A stretch of DNA of 64,000 nucleotides from Alphaproteobacteria bacterium (GTDB taxonomy: Bacteria; Pseudomonadota; Alphaproteobacteria; SP197). The notes below the pieces were generated by a model. The model saw only the letters and a list, made by a program, of their open reading frames with translations, was not told the DNA's origin and did no database searches. Numbering within the stretch: the first letter of the stretch is position 1; every line of letters starts with the position of its first letter. Of the stretch, positions 21,006 to 33,946 are shown in pieces. The stretch is taken from assembly GCA_964291415.2 (NCBI GenBank), contig OZ219920.1:192001-256000 (forward strand), written 5' to 3'. The position numbers were made by a program, and so were the translations under genes.

Positions 21006-22415
21006 TCACCCGCCCAGGAGCAGGCTCGGCAGGAACAGCACGATGGCGGGAAAGAATAGCAGGCCGGCGATGGTCAGGGCATCCGCGACGAAGAAGGGAG
21101 CTGCCCCCTTGAAGACATCCTGCACGGAAAGCTCCGGGCGCACGCCTGCCACCACGAAGCAGTTCAGCCCGATCGGCGGCGTGATCAGGCACAGCTCGGC
21201 CATCTTGACGACGATGATGCCGAACCAGATCGCGCAGCCGACGCCGGACATTCCGAAGGCGCTGTCGGCCGCCGCGACGGCCTCGCCGCCGTTCAGGGCG
21301 ATGACGGCGGGATAGACGACCGGAAGCGTCAGGATGAGCATGCCGATCGCGTCCATGAACATGCCGAGCACGGCGTAGGCCAACAGGATCAGGACGAGCG
21401 TGAGAAAGGGGCTCTGGTCGAGAGACGTGATCCATTCCGCGAACGTGCCGGGCAGATCGGCGAAGCCGAGAAATCTCACGTAGATCAGAACCCCCCAGAT
21501 GATCGTGAAGATCATCACCGAGAGCTTTGCGGTCTCCACAAGGGCGCTCCTGAGCTGGGGCCAGCGCATGCCGCGCCAGAGTGCCATCACCAGGACCACG
21601 AAGGCGCCCAGGGCGCCGCCTTCGGTCGGCGTCCCCCAGGCATCCCCGCCGAATGGGTTGTAGATGAACAGGATGATGATCAGGACGACGAAGAAGATCG
21701 GCACAACCGCCGGAAGCGACCGCAGCCGCTCCACCCAGGTGAAGCCGCCGCTTGGCGGGCCAAACCCCCGGAAGGCAACGGCGAGTCCGACGATCAGCCC
21801 GCCGTAGACCAGAGCGGAGAAGGCGCCTGGCAGGAACCCGGCCAGGAGCAGCGCACCGACGTCCTGTTCGACGATGATTGCATAGATCACGAGGATCGCC
21901 GACGGCGGTATGAGGGATGCAAGCGTGCCGGCCGACGCCACGACGCCGGCGGCGAAGCGCTTGTCGTAGCCGTTGGCGAGCATTTCCGGAATGGCGATGC
22001 GGGCGAAGACGGCCGAAGTCGCCACCGACGCGCCCGATACCGCCGCGAAGCCGGCGGTCGCGAACACTGTGGAGACCGCGAGTCCGCCGGGCAGCCACCC
22101 GACCCACCTCTTGGCGGCCTCGAACAGGGACCGGGTCAGCCCGGCATGGTAGGCGAGGAAGCCGATCAGGATGAACGTCGGGATGAGTGACAGCGCCTGC
22201 GAGGAGATCTTGGAATGGGGCACCTGACCCGCCGTCTTCACCGCCACCGTCAGCGCCCAGAGGAACCGTTCGGGGTCGTATCCCTGCTTGGCCCAGAAGA
22301 TCCAGACGAGGCCCGCCATGCCGGCGATGGCGGCGGCGAAGGCTACGCGGACGCCCAGGAACACCATGGCAAGCAGGAATCCGGACACCACGAGGCCGAT
22401 ATCGATGGAATCCAT
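21006..22415 (-). CDS. dctM: TRAP transporter large permease DctM
   Basis: Polytopic membrane protein with GTLASLIPPS, TPTEGGA and ITPPIG motifs. Confidence 0.95.
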   Translation of the reverse strand: MDSIDIGLVVSGFLLAMVFLGVRVAFAAAIAGMAGLVWIFWAKQGYDPERFLWALTVAVKTAGQVPHSKISSQALSLIPTFILIGFLAYHAGLTRSLFEAAKRWVGWLPGGLAVSTVFATAGFAAVSGASVATSAVFARIAIPEMLANGYDKRFAAGVVASAGTLASLIPPSAILVIYAIIVEQDVGALLLAGFLPGAFSALVYGGLIVGLAVAFRGFGPPSGGFTWVERLRSLPAVVPIFFVVLIIILFIYNPFGGDAWGTPTEGGALGAFVVLVMALWRGMRWPQLRSALVETAKLSVMIFTIIWGVLIYVRFLGFADLPGTFAEWITSLDQSPFLTLVLILLAYAVLGMFMDAIGMLILTLPVVYPAVIALNGGEAVAAADSAFGMSGVGCAIWFGIIVVKMAELCLITPPIGLNCFVVAGVRPELSVQDVFKGAAPFFVADALTIAGLLFFPAIVLFLPSLLLGG

Positions 22416-22427
22416 TGGCGGCGAACC

Positions 22428-23081
22428 TCAGTGCCTGCCGCTCGCCGTACCGTCCTCGAGGCCCGACACGCTGCTGGCCTCCCGGGCCGCAATCGTCCGG
22501 GCGTCCTCGATGAGCGGCACGGCGACGGGTCGCGTGGCGTCCGACAGGAACGCCCGGCCGTAACCCCAGAGCTGCAGCGAGAGCCGGACAGAGAGAACGG
22601 CGAAGGCTACGGGCGCGAGGAGCTTGGCGGGCCACAGCGGCAGGCGGATGTCGAGGCTGGAATCGCGGCTCCAGAACGGCTCGTGCCAGTCGAAGGACCT
22701 CTCGAAATGCGCCCAGCTCCCCCAGACCATCAGCACCATCAGCGCGAGGATCATCCCTGTCGCGGCGAACTCTGCGGCCCACAGTGCACGGCCGCGAAGC
22801 CTGCCCACGAGCATGTCCATTCGGATATGGCCGCCGAGGCGCTGACAATAGGAGATGCCGACAAATGCGATGATCGGCATCGCCTGCTCGATCCAGTCCA
22901 CGTAGCCGGGAATGGGATGATTGAAGAAGTTGCGCCCGCCGACGCTTGCGACGGCCAGGAGCATCAACGAGAAGACGGCCACTCCGCCGACGAGCGCCAG
23001 GGCCGATTCGAGACGGTAGAGGTGACGGTCCAGCCTGCTCAGGACAGTGCCGTCTTCGAGGACCGATGATGCGCCTGCCAC
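22428..23081 (-). CDS. dctQ: TRAP transporter small permease DctQ
   Basis: Four TM helices and GGHIRMDML. Lies between dctP and dctM. Confidence 0.92.
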   Translation of the reverse strand: MAGASSVLEDGTVLSRLDRHLYRLESALALVGGVAVFSLMLLAVASVGGRNFFNHPIPGYVDWIEQAMPIIAFVGISYCQRLGGHIRMDMLVGRLRGRALWAAEFAATGMILALMVLMVWGSWAHFERSFDWHEPFWSRDSSLDIRLPLWPAKLLAPVAFAVLSVRLSLQLWGYGRAFLSDATRPVAVPLIEDARTIAAREASSVSGLEDGTASGRH

Positions 23082-23142
23082 CTCAGCTCTCCCCCTGAAC
23101 CGCTCCCGGCGGCCATTCAAGGGCCGCCGGGAATGCGCGGGG

Positions 23143-24153
23143 TCAGTCTCCCGCGACTATGTCGGTCACCAGATCGAGGAGTTCCGCCGCGGGGAGGCCG
23201 CGCTCCGTATTCTCCTCGACCCAGGCGGCGGCGGCCGGACCCGCGACCGTTTCACGGAACGCCGCAAGCTCGTCATCCGTGAAGGTGATCGTCTCGATCC
23301 CCTTCGCCTCGAGCGTCGGACCCCATTCGGCCATCGTCTGGTCGTTGTAGTAGGAAATGTAGTGCGCAAGCGCCTCGTCGACGGAGCCGAGAAGCGCTTC
23401 GCGCTCGGTCTCGGAGAGCGCGTTCAGCGCATCGGTGTTCACGACGACGGGACAGTTGACCGTTCCCGGATTGAGGTTCGTCGTCCACCAGGTGGCGCTC
23501 TCGACGGTTCCGAAGGACATGTGGGCGTGCGGCGCGAAGGCGACCGCCTTGACGACGCCGCTGTCGAGCGCCTGGCGTACCTCTGTCGCCGACATCGACG
23601 TCGGGACGGCGCCGATCGCTTCCATGGCCTTGCCGATGCCGCCCGTGGCCCGGACAGCCAGGCCCTCGAAGTCCTTCAGCGTCCGGGGCGCCTCGCCGAC
23701 ACCGGCAATGTTGTACTGCGGCAGGGGCGACGGCATCAGGAGCGTTGCGTTCCAGCGGGCCATGTCCGCGACTACGGCGGGATGGCCGTAGACGGCCCGC
23801 GAGACCTTCACTTCCTGCTCGAGCGAGGACACGCCGAGGAACGGAAGCTCCAGGACGGTGATCGAGGGGTTCTTGTCGTAATGGTAACCCGCGCAGAACT
23901 GGGCCATCTCGAAGGCCCCGATCGAGAGGCCGTCCAGGTTTTCCCTGTTCTTGGAGAGGCCGCCGTACGACAGGTTGAGCGTGAACCCGCCGTCCGTCTT
24001 CGCGCTGACCAGTTCGGCCAGCTTTTCCACGTGCTCGGTGAAGGCGCGGCGCTTCCCCCACAACGAGACATCCCATTCGGTGGCGGCGGCCTCGCCCGCA
24101 AGGACAAGCGAAAGGCTGCCGGCGATCACGGCACTCAGATATCCCCGTTTCAT
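23143..24153 (-). CDS. dctP: TRAP substrate-binding protein DctP family
   Basis: Signal peptide MKRGYLSAVIAG...AAA, ELPFL, GLAVRA and ALDSGVV motifs. Confidence 0.9.
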   Translation of the reverse strand: MKRGYLSAVIAGSLSLVLAGEAAATEWDVSLWGKRRAFTEHVEKLAELVSAKTDGGFTLNLSYGGLSKNRENLDGLSIGAFEMAQFCAGYHYDKNPSITVLELPFLGVSSLEQEVKVSRAVYGHPAVVADMARWNATLLMPSPLPQYNIAGVGEAPRTLKDFEGLAVRATGGIGKAMEAIGAVPTSMSATEVRQALDSGVVKAVAFAPHAHMSFGTVESATWWTTNLNPGTVNCPVVVNTDALNALSETEREALLGSVDEALAHYISYYNDQTMAEWGPTLEAKGIETITFTDDELAAFRETVAGPAAAAWVEENTERGLPAAELLDLVTDIVAGD

Positions 24154-24657
24154 GATTGGCTCCCGATTTGCAGTCGATCCGGACGGTGTATTCGGGAGAA
24201 GTCTAGCCCGGCCATGGCAATCGCGTCCCTGACTAAATTCACCGGAACGGGCACAAACGTCTGGCGGAAGCCCGCAGGACCACGCACGGCCGCTCTTGCC
24301 GATCCTGAGCTCGACGACCTTCGATTCCCAGCGCCGCGGCTGCCGCGTCCATGCGTCTCCCCCTGGCTCCTGATCGCGTTGGCAACCCCTCGCGCAGGGT
24401 GGAAGGCATGTCATCGCCGATGCCGTCCCCCTTGAATCGCCTCGCTCCGCGCCGCCCGGCGACGCGGCACACCTCGCGAACGATGCCAGGCCGGCCGTGG
24501 CTCATCGGCGCCGCGACATCCGGCGCCCGCACCGGTTTGATTCGAAGCCGGTCAGGCCGGCTCCTTTCGGCAGTGCCCCGCTGTGCTGGTTCAGGCCCGA
24601 GAGTTGCGGCACACTCGGATTCCACACCGTTTTTGATCCATTGCAGGAGCCCCAGCG

Positions 24658-25317
24658 ATGAGCCGCATGTATGCCAAGGACCACCGAAGGCTGCAGGATC
24701 TCTTCGGAACCCGCGCCATGGCAGATTACCTGGAAGAATCCGATTTCCGGGAGACGATCGACGACGCCTCGAAGCGCTTCATCGAGGAGCGCGACATGGT
24801 GTTTCTTGCGACGCTGGATCACGAACACCGGCCGACCGTGTCCTACAAGGGCGGTGATCCCGGGTTTCTCAAGGTGCCCGACCCCCACACCGTCCTCTTC
24901 CCGAGCTACGACGGGAACGGAATGTACCTTTCCATGGGCAACATCGGCGGGCAGGGCCAGGTCGGCATGCTGTTCATCGATTTCGAGGTGCCGCGAAGGC
25001 TGCGGCTGCAGGGCGTGGCGACGGTCAGCGACGATCCGGCGCTCACCGGCCTGTGGAAGGAGGCAGAGCTTGCGATTCGCGTTTCGGTGACGGGTCTTTG
25101 GGTCAACTGCCCTCGCTACGTCCATCGCTACCGGAAGGTCAAGGCGTCACGCCACGTCCCGCGGCCTGACGGCGACACGCCCTTCGCGGGCTGGAAGAGG
25201 ATCGATACGGTCTCCACAGTGCTGAGCGAGAAGGAGCGCGCCGAGGCCGACCGCCTGGGGTCCATCACCGAGGAGGACTGGGTCGCCATGGTGGACGCCG
25301 GAGACGAGGACGCCTGA
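24658..25317 (+). CDS. Pyridoxamine 5'-phosphate oxidase-like FMN-binding protein
   Basis: FLAT...SYKGGDPGF...YDGNGMYLSMGN...MLFIDF...RLRLQG...NCPRYVH. SD AGGAG. Confidence 0.88.
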   Translation: MSRMYAKDHRRLQDLFGTRAMADYLEESDFRETIDDASKRFIEERDMVFLATLDHEHRPTVSYKGGDPGFLKVPDPHTVLFPSYDGNGMYLSMGNIGGQGQVGMLFIDFEVPRRLRLQGVATVSDDPALTGLWKEAELAIRVSVTGLWVNCPRYVHRYRKVKASRHVPRPDGDTPFAGWKRIDTVSTVLSEKERAEADRLGSITEEDWVAMVDAGDEDA

Positions 25318-25325
25318 ACGGTGCT

Positions 25326-25379
25326 CAGGGCCTTCGATGCGACGTCGCCGGGCGCGGCATCGTCGCATCGAAGGCCCTG
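25326..25379. repeat. Perfect 19-bp inverted repeat (long hairpin)
   Basis: CAGGGCCTTCGATGCGACG (25326-25344) and its exact reverse complement (25361-25379). No U-tract. Confidence 0.9.
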
Positions 25380-25473
25380 GTGGCGTTGTCTGTCTCCACA
25401 TGGCCCCCTATGGTGTGGGGCACGTGCACGGGGATTCCCGGCAACACAACAAGACATTGGAGATCAGGGTCAA

Positions 25474-28210
<2,737 letters not shown>

Positions 28211-29770
28211 GTGGTGGCGCCCGACCCTGGCAGGGTCCTGATTCTCGACTTCGGATCACAGGTAACCCAGCTGATTGCCCGGCGGGTTCGCGAGGCGGGC
28301 GTCTACTCGGAGATCATGCCGTTCAGCGCGGCCGAACACGCCATCCGCTCCTTTGCTCCTGCCGCCATCATTCTCTCCGGCGGGCCGGCTTCGGTGACGG
28401 TCGGCGAGGCGCCTCGGGCACCGCAGGCGGTGTTCGACGAAGGCGTCCCGGTGCTGGGCATCTGCTATGGCGAGCAGACGATCTGCTCCCAGTTGGGCGG
28501 CGCCGTCGAAACGGCGAACGAGCGGGAGTTCGGGCGCGCATTCGTCGATGTCACCGGGACCTGCCGGTTGTTCGACGGCGTCTGGTCGCCTGGAGAACAC
28601 CACCAGGTGTGGATGTCGCACGGCGACAGGATCACGGCCATTCCTGAAGGGTTTCGGGTTGTCGCGACATCTCCGGGTTCGCCCTTTGCCGCCATCGCCG
28701 ACGATGCGCGACGCATCTACGGCGTCCAGTTCCACCCGGAAGTCGTTCACACGCCCGATGGCGCCCGGCTGATCGGTTCCTTCGTGCACCAGGTCGCGGG
28801 GATCGCAAGCGACTGGTCGATGGCCGCCTTCCGCACGCGGGCGGTCGAGGGTATCCGTAGACGGGTGGGCACGGGGCGCGTCGTCATGGGGCTTTCAGGC
28901 GGCGTCGACAGTTCGGTGACGGCTCTCCTGCTTCACGAGGCGATCGGATCGCGGTTGACATGCGTCCTTGTCGACCACGGACTCATGCGCCTTGATGAGG
29001 CACGCGACGTCGAGCACCTCTTCCGCAGCCACTATGCGATTCCCCTTGTCGTTCGCCATGTCCCGGACCTCTTTCTCGAACGGCTGGCAGGAGTTACCGC
29101 GCCCGAGGACAAGCGCCGGATCATCGGTTCGACGTTCATCGATGTCTTCGAGGAGGCGGCCGGCGCCATCGGCGGCGCCGACTTTCTGGGCCAGGGGACC
29201 CTCTATCCTGACGTCATCGAATCGGTGTCGTTCCACGGCGGGCCGACATCGACCATCAAGTCGCATCACAATGTCGGCGGCCTTCCCGAACGCATGAAGC
29301 TGGAACTCGTCGAACCGCTGAGGGAGTTGTTCAAGGACGAGGTGCGTGAACTCGGCCGCGAACTCGGTCTTCCCGACGCCCTGCTCAACCGCCATCCATT
29401 TCCCGGTCCGGGCCTCGCCATCCGCATTCCGGGCGAGGTCACGCCGGAACGGGTGGCACTCCTGCAAAAGGCCGATGCCATCTTCATCGACGAACTGAAG
29501 AGCGCGGGACTCTATGATGCAATATGGCAGGCCTTCGCCGTCCTGCTTCCCGTGCGCACGGTCGGTGTCATGGGAGACGAGAGGACCTACGAGCATGTCT
29601 GCGCCTTGCGGGCCGTCACCTCGACAGACGGCATGACGGCGGACGTCTTTGCGTTCGATCATGCCTTCCTCGGGCACGTGGCCGGTCGCATCGTCAACGA
29701 GGTCAGGGGCATCAACCGGGTCGTCTACGACATCACCTCGAAGCCGCCCGGGACCATCGAGTGGGAGTGA
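28211..29770 (+). CDS. guaA: GMP synthase (glutamine-hydrolysing)
   Basis: [32 protein letters not shown] and KPPGTIEWE motifs. Confidence 0.98.
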   Translation: MVAPDPGRVLILDFGSQVTQLIARRVREAGVYSEIMPFSAAEHAIRSFAPAAIILSGGPASVTVGEAPRAPQAVFDEGVPVLGICYGEQTICSQLGGAVETANEREFGRAFVDVTGTCRLFDGVWSPGEHHQVWMSHGDRITAIPEGFRVVATSPGSPFAAIADDARRIYGVQFHPEVVHTPDGARLIGSFVHQVAGIASDWSMAAFRTRAVEGIRRRVGTGRVVMGLSGGVDSSVTALLLHEAIGSRLTCVLVDHGLMRLDEARDVEHLFRSHYAIPLVVRHVPDLFLERLAGVTAPEDKRRIIGSTFIDVFEEAAGAIGGADFLGQGTLYPDVIESVSFHGGPTSTIKSHHNVGGLPERMKLELVEPLRELFKDEVRELGRELGLPDALLNRHPFPGPGLAIRIPGEVTPERVALLQKADAIFIDELKSAGLYDAIWQAFAVLLPVRTVGVMGDERTYEHVCALRAVTSTDGMTADVFAFDHAFLGHVAGRIVNEVRGINRVVYDITSKPPGTIEWE

Positions 29771-29798
29771 TGTCGCACGTGCGGGGCGACAGCCGGGC

Positions 29799-30686
29799 GT
29801 GAGTAGGGACCATCGCCTGTCGCGAAGACACCCCCGCTATCTGAAGGGTGTCTTTCTTGTCATCGCCGGCGGTGTCTTCATCAGCCAGTCGGGCGTCATC
29901 ATCGGTTCGATGGAAGCGGCGGGGTTCTGGCAGGTCCAGTTCTTTCGCTCCGTTGTGGCCGTCCTGGTGCTGTTCAGTCTCCTTGCCATACGTCATCACC
30001 GGGACCTTCCGGCCATGGTGCGGTCAAGCTGGAAGGCCGCCCTGGCAACCGGGTTCTTTCTCGCCGTCAGCAATCTTCTCTACATCCTCTCCTTCTTTCA
30101 CACGCGGGCGGCAAGCGTCTTCTTCATCATCAGTTCCCAGCCCTTTTTCACGGCGTTGATCGCGTGGGTCGTGCTGCGGGAACCGGTAAGGCGGATCACC
30201 TGGATCGCCATGAGCGCCGCCATGGCAGGGGTGGCAATCATGATGTGGGAAGGTCTCGGCGAGGGACGCCTTGTCGGCAATCTTCTGGCTCTTGGCGCAG
30301 CCGTCACCTTCGCCGCCTTCGGCGTCTCCCTGCGTGGCGGCCGGGAAGGCGACATGGTGCTGGGCGTGGTGATGGCGTCATGCGCGATCAGCACCATCGC
30401 TGTTGTCTTCGTCGACAGTTTTCACGTCAGCACCCATGACTTCATCCTGTGTGTCTACATGGGATGCTTTCAGGTCGCACTGGCCCTGGTCCTGTTCGCC
30501 GCCGGTGCCAGGTACGTTCCGGCAGCGGAACTCATGGTGCTGGCGCTCACCGAGGTCATCCTCGGTCCGTTGTGGGTGTGGCTCATTATCGGAGAAAGCC
30601 CGACACTGGCCGGTCTCATTGGCGGGAGCATCGTCATTGGCGCAGTGCTTGCCAATGCCCTGACCGGGATGCGCGCTCGCGGCTGA
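29799..30686 (+). CDS. DMT/EamA family transporter
   Basis: About ten TM helices in two repeats, LREPV and GESP motifs. Confidence 0.88.
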   Translation: MSRDHRLSRRHPRYLKGVFLVIAGGVFISQSGVIIGSMEAAGFWQVQFFRSVVAVLVLFSLLAIRHHRDLPAMVRSSWKAALATGFFLAVSNLLYILSFFHTRAASVFFIISSQPFFTALIAWVVLREPVRRITWIAMSAAMAGVAIMMWEGLGEGRLVGNLLALGAAVTFAAFGVSLRGGREGDMVLGVVMASCAISTIAVVFVDSFHVSTHDFILCVYMGCFQVALALVLFAAGARYVPAAELMVLALTEVILGPLWVWLIIGESPTLAGLIGGSIVIGAVLANALTGMRARG

Positions 30687-31524
30687 AGGCATAGAGGCCG
30701 CTTGCGATGACGATGACGATGCCCGCGAGGGTCCAGATGTCGGGAAACTCGCCGAACAGTACGTAACCCATGACCGCGGCCCAGACCACGAGGGTGTAGG
30801 CGAAGGGCTGGAGCATCGAGGCGGGAGCAACCTGCAGGGCACGGAACAGCAACAGGTGACAAGCCGCCCCGAGAAGGCCGACAAGGGCCAGCAATGGCCA
30901 GTCGCCGGTGGCCACCGGGCGCCAGTCGAAGGGAGCAACAAAGACCAGAATGAAGACCGCAATGGCGGCGGACCAGAGCGCCGTTGTCTCGACGCTGTCA
31001 TCCAGTCCGACCCGGCGGATGAGAACCTGAAGCAAAGCCCAGAGAAACGCCGCCAGGAGAGCGATCAGGGCTGCCGGTCCCATGATTCCCGATCCTGGAC
31101 GCATGATCACCAGCACACCGACACAGCCGGCGGCAACCGCCAGCCAGCGGCGCCAGCCGACACGTTCTCCCAGAAGCAGTGCGGCCAGCGCTACCGCGAT
31201 CAGGGGCGAGACCGCGGCAATCGCGTGAACATCAGCCAGCGGCAGCAGGCTGAAAGCCCACAGGAAGACGACGATTTCGGCCAGCATGACAAGGCTGCGA
31301 AGGATCTGCAGGCCGGGCTGCCGTGAACGGACGGTCGCCAGCCATCCCCGCCGCCGGGCGAAAACGAGGGCGACGCCAAGGTACACGGCAAACCGGACCA
31401 GCAGGATCTGAGCGATGGAGTAGTCTTCAACGAGCCATTTGGCTGTCGCGTCCATGGTCGCCATCAGGCACATGGCGAGGACCATCAGCGCCATGCCTGC
31501 GGCAGGGGAACCGTCCGCCTTCAA
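30634..31524 (-). CDS. DMT/EamA family transporter
   Basis: MDATAKWL, LLGERVGWRRW, RPG and FGEFPD motifs. TTG start overlaps the DUF962 stop (ATG at about 31495 is an alternative). Confidence 0.88.
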   Translation of the reverse strand: MKADGSPAAGMALMVLAMCLMATMDATAKWLVEDYSIAQILLVRFAVYLGVALVFARRRGWLATVRSRQPGLQILRSLVMLAEIVVFLWAFSLLPLADVHAIAAVSPLIAVALAALLLGERVGWRRWLAVAAGCVGVLVIMRPGSGIMGPAALIALLAAFLWALLQVLIRRVGLDDSVETTALWSAAIAVFILVFVAPFDWRPVATGDWPLLALVGLLGAACHLLLFRALQVAPASMLQPFAYTLVVWAAVMGYVLFGEFPDIWTLAGIVIVIASGLYAFSRERASRSGHWQALRQ

Positions 31525-31874
31525 CGATCCCGGATGCTGGCGAGGGACGGCCCCTGAGCGTGGCGCTCCACTTCTCCCGACATGCGTCCCGTGAGCATCA
31601 GCAAGAACATGTGGAAGTCGCCGACAAGACTCCAGACGGGATGGGTGAAGGTCGCCGGACGATTGCGCTCGACAAAGGCATGCGCCGCCCAGGCAAATCC
31701 GTAGCCGCACACCGGCATCGCCAGAAGCAGCCATGCGTTGCCTGTGATGAGGGTGGCCGCAGCCATGCCGAAGACACCCGCCGTCCCGACGAAGTGAAGC
31801 CAGCGGGTTGCCGGTCTCATGTGCTCGCGCACATAGAAGGGCCAGAACTCGATGTAGCTGGCGGGTCTCTCCAT
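31521..31874 (-). CDS. DUF962 (Mpo1-like) small membrane protein
   Basis: EFWPFYVREH...LHFVGT...GYGFAWAAHAFVERNRPATF.HP.WSL.GD. Confidence 0.9.
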   Translation of the reverse strand: MERPASYIEFWPFYVREHMRPATRWLHFVGTAGVFGMAAATLITGNAWLLLAMPVCGYGFAWAAHAFVERNRPATFTHPVWSLVGDFHMFLLMLTGRMSGEVERHAQGPSLASIRDR

Positions 31875-31966
31875 GAAGGAAAGATGAAGCGCCACGACCG
31901 TGTTGGCAAGGTTGCGGGAGGGCCCGGTGGTGGCTAGATTGCCGGGCCCATGCGACTTCCGGAGCG

Positions 31967-32629
31967 GTGCCCGTGGCCAATGTCGGCGACCAGTTGATTC
32001 GCGAGGTCGAGGAAGACCTTCAGCGGGAACGATGGCTGCGGCTGTGGCGGGCCTATGGCCGCCAGGTACTCGGCATTGTCGCCGTGGTGGTCCTTGCAGT
32101 CGCCGGATACACCGGGTGGATCGAGTACCGCGAGTCCCGACTCGGCGACGACGGCTATCGGTACTGGCTTGCGGACCGTCAGGCTGATGCCGGCGACATC
32201 GACGAGGCGATGGCCGCTTTCGGCGCCCTCCGCGCAGAGGGCCATGGCGGCTATCCGTGGCTTGCAGGCATGCGCGAGGCACAGCTTCTCGCCGAAGCCG
32301 GCGAACGGGAGCTGGCGTTGCAACGCTATGACGATCTTGCCGCCATGGGAGACGTTCCTCCCGTCTGGCGGGAGCTGGCGGCCCTCTATGCGGTCATGCT
32401 GATGGTTGATCATGCCGACCCCGACGATGTCGTTGCACGACTGGCGCCGCTTCTCGATGGCACCTGGCGTCATCTTGCCCTCGAGCTCAGGGGCCTTCTC
32501 TATCTGCGGACCGGTGACACGGAGTCTGCGGCGGCGAGTTTCGAAGCGTTGGCCGGTGACGCCGATGCGCCGGCATCGGCCGTGCTCCGGGCACGTGAAC
32601 TGCTGTCGCTGACGACGCGGGGACACTGA
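31967..32629 (+). CDS. YfgM-like TPR membrane protein
   Basis: IREVEEDLQRE, single TM helix, helical repeats. Directly upstream of bamB-der. Confidence 0.85.
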   Translation: MPVANVGDQLIREVEEDLQRERWLRLWRAYGRQVLGIVAVVVLAVAGYTGWIEYRESRLGDDGYRYWLADRQADAGDIDEAMAAFGALRAEGHGGYPWLAGMREAQLLAEAGERELALQRYDDLAAMGDVPPVWRELAALYAVMLMVDHADPDDVVARLAPLLDGTWRHLALELRGLLYLRTGDTESAAASFEALAGDADAPASAVLRARELLSLTTRGH

Positions 32630-32631
32630 CC

Positions 32632-33942
32632 ATGCGGTGGGTTGTCCTTGCCGTGTCGTGCCTGTCACTCGTCGGCTGCGAAAGCGACTGGTTCGGAGAT
32701 CCGCCACCGCCGCCTCTCGAGGGTGAGCGCATCGCCATTCTGGAACTCGGTTCGGGGCTGGCAAGCGACCCGGAGTACGCCGCCATTCCGGTCGAACTGC
32801 CGCCTCAACGCCTCAACCCGGAGTGGCCCCAGTACGGTGGCAGTCTTGACAAGGCCATGCACCATCTGGCCCACGGCGGATCCTGGGAACGGGTCTGGTC
32901 GCGCAGCATCGGCGACGGGCACAGCGATTCGCGCCGGCTCGTGGGAACGCCCGTCATCGCTGCAGGCATGGTGTTCACGATCGATTCCAATACCCGGGTC
33001 TCGGCCTTCGATGAGGCGACCGGCACGCCCTTGTGGAGTACCGACATCACCGCCGCCGAGGAAGATGACGGCTGGGGAGGCGGCCTTGCCTTCGATGACG
33101 GCCGACTTTTCGTGACCACCGGCAATGGCGAAGTCATGGCGCTCGATCCGGTCGACGGCATTCCCCAGTGGCGCGTCGATGCCGGTCCGCCGGTCCGTAC
33201 GCCTCCTGCGGCAAGCCAGGGGCGTGTTCATGTCGTCACCGCGGACAACACGCTCCTGACCCTGGATGCGGCGACCGGTGACTCTCTGTGGGTTCACCGC
33301 GGACTCCTCGGTACGGCCTCGCTCATGGGCGGCGGCGCGCCAAGCATTGCCGGATCCTTTGTCGTGGCCACCTACACGACCGGTGAAGTGGTGGCCCTGA
33401 GGGCAGAGAACGGCCGTGTGGTGTGGAGCGATATCCTGGCTCAGGGCGGACAGGCCGGTGTCCTGGCGGCGCTTGACGACATCAATGGCAGCGCCGTCAT
33501 CGATCGCGATCTCGTGTTCGTCGCCAGTTACGGCGGTCGTCTGGCCGCCATCGATGTGACACGGGGAATCAGGGTCTGGGAGCAGAATCTCTCGATCACG
33601 CAAACACCATGGGTGGCTGGTGACTATCTATGGGTGGTGACCAGTGACGCGGAACTCATCTGCTTCCGGAAGGAAGACGGCCGGGTGCGCTGGATCACCC
33701 GATTGCCGCTGTATGAGGATCCCGAGGACAAGGAAGGGACCATCCTGTGGTCCGGGCCGGTGCTGGCAGGCGAAAGACTGGTCGTGGCGGGAAGCCACGG
33801 GAACGCTGTTGTTCTTTCACCCTACACGGGCGACGTCATCGACACGCTGTCTGTGGACCGCGGACTGCCCCTGCCACCCGTTGTCGCAAACGCGAGACTC
33901 TACTTCGTTGGCGACTCGGGCACCGTGACTGTACTCGACTAA
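32632..33942 (+). CDS. bamB: PQQ-like beta-propeller lipoprotein (BamB-like)
   Basis: Lipobox LVGC and repeated A.D..TG...W blades. yfgM-bamB-der synteny. Confidence 0.85.
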   Translation: MRWVVLAVSCLSLVGCESDWFGDPPPPPLEGERIAILELGSGLASDPEYAAIPVELPPQRLNPEWPQYGGSLDKAMHHLAHGGSWERVWSRSIGDGHSDSRRLVGTPVIAAGMVFTIDSNTRVSAFDEATGTPLWSTDITAAEEDDGWGGGLAFDDGRLFVTTGNGEVMALDPVDGIPQWRVDAGPPVRTPPAASQGRVHVVTADNTLLTLDAATGDSLWVHRGLLGTASLMGGGAPSIAGSFVVATYTTGEVVALRAENGRVVWSDILAQGGQAGVLAALDDINGSAVIDRDLVFVASYGGRLAAIDVTRGIRVWEQNLSITQTPWVAGDYLWVVTSDAELICFRKEDGRVRWITRLPLYEDPEDKEGTILWSGPVLAGERLVVAGSHGNAVVLSPYTGDVIDTLSVDRGLPLPPVVANARLYFVGDSGTVTVLD

Positions 33943-33946
33943 ACCG

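Noticed and set aside
24154-24657. Riboswitch or small gene in the dctP / FMN-protein divergent spacer
   Set aside because: I recognised no glycine, TPP, cobalamin or SAM consensus, and the short ORFs lack SD sequences and motifs.
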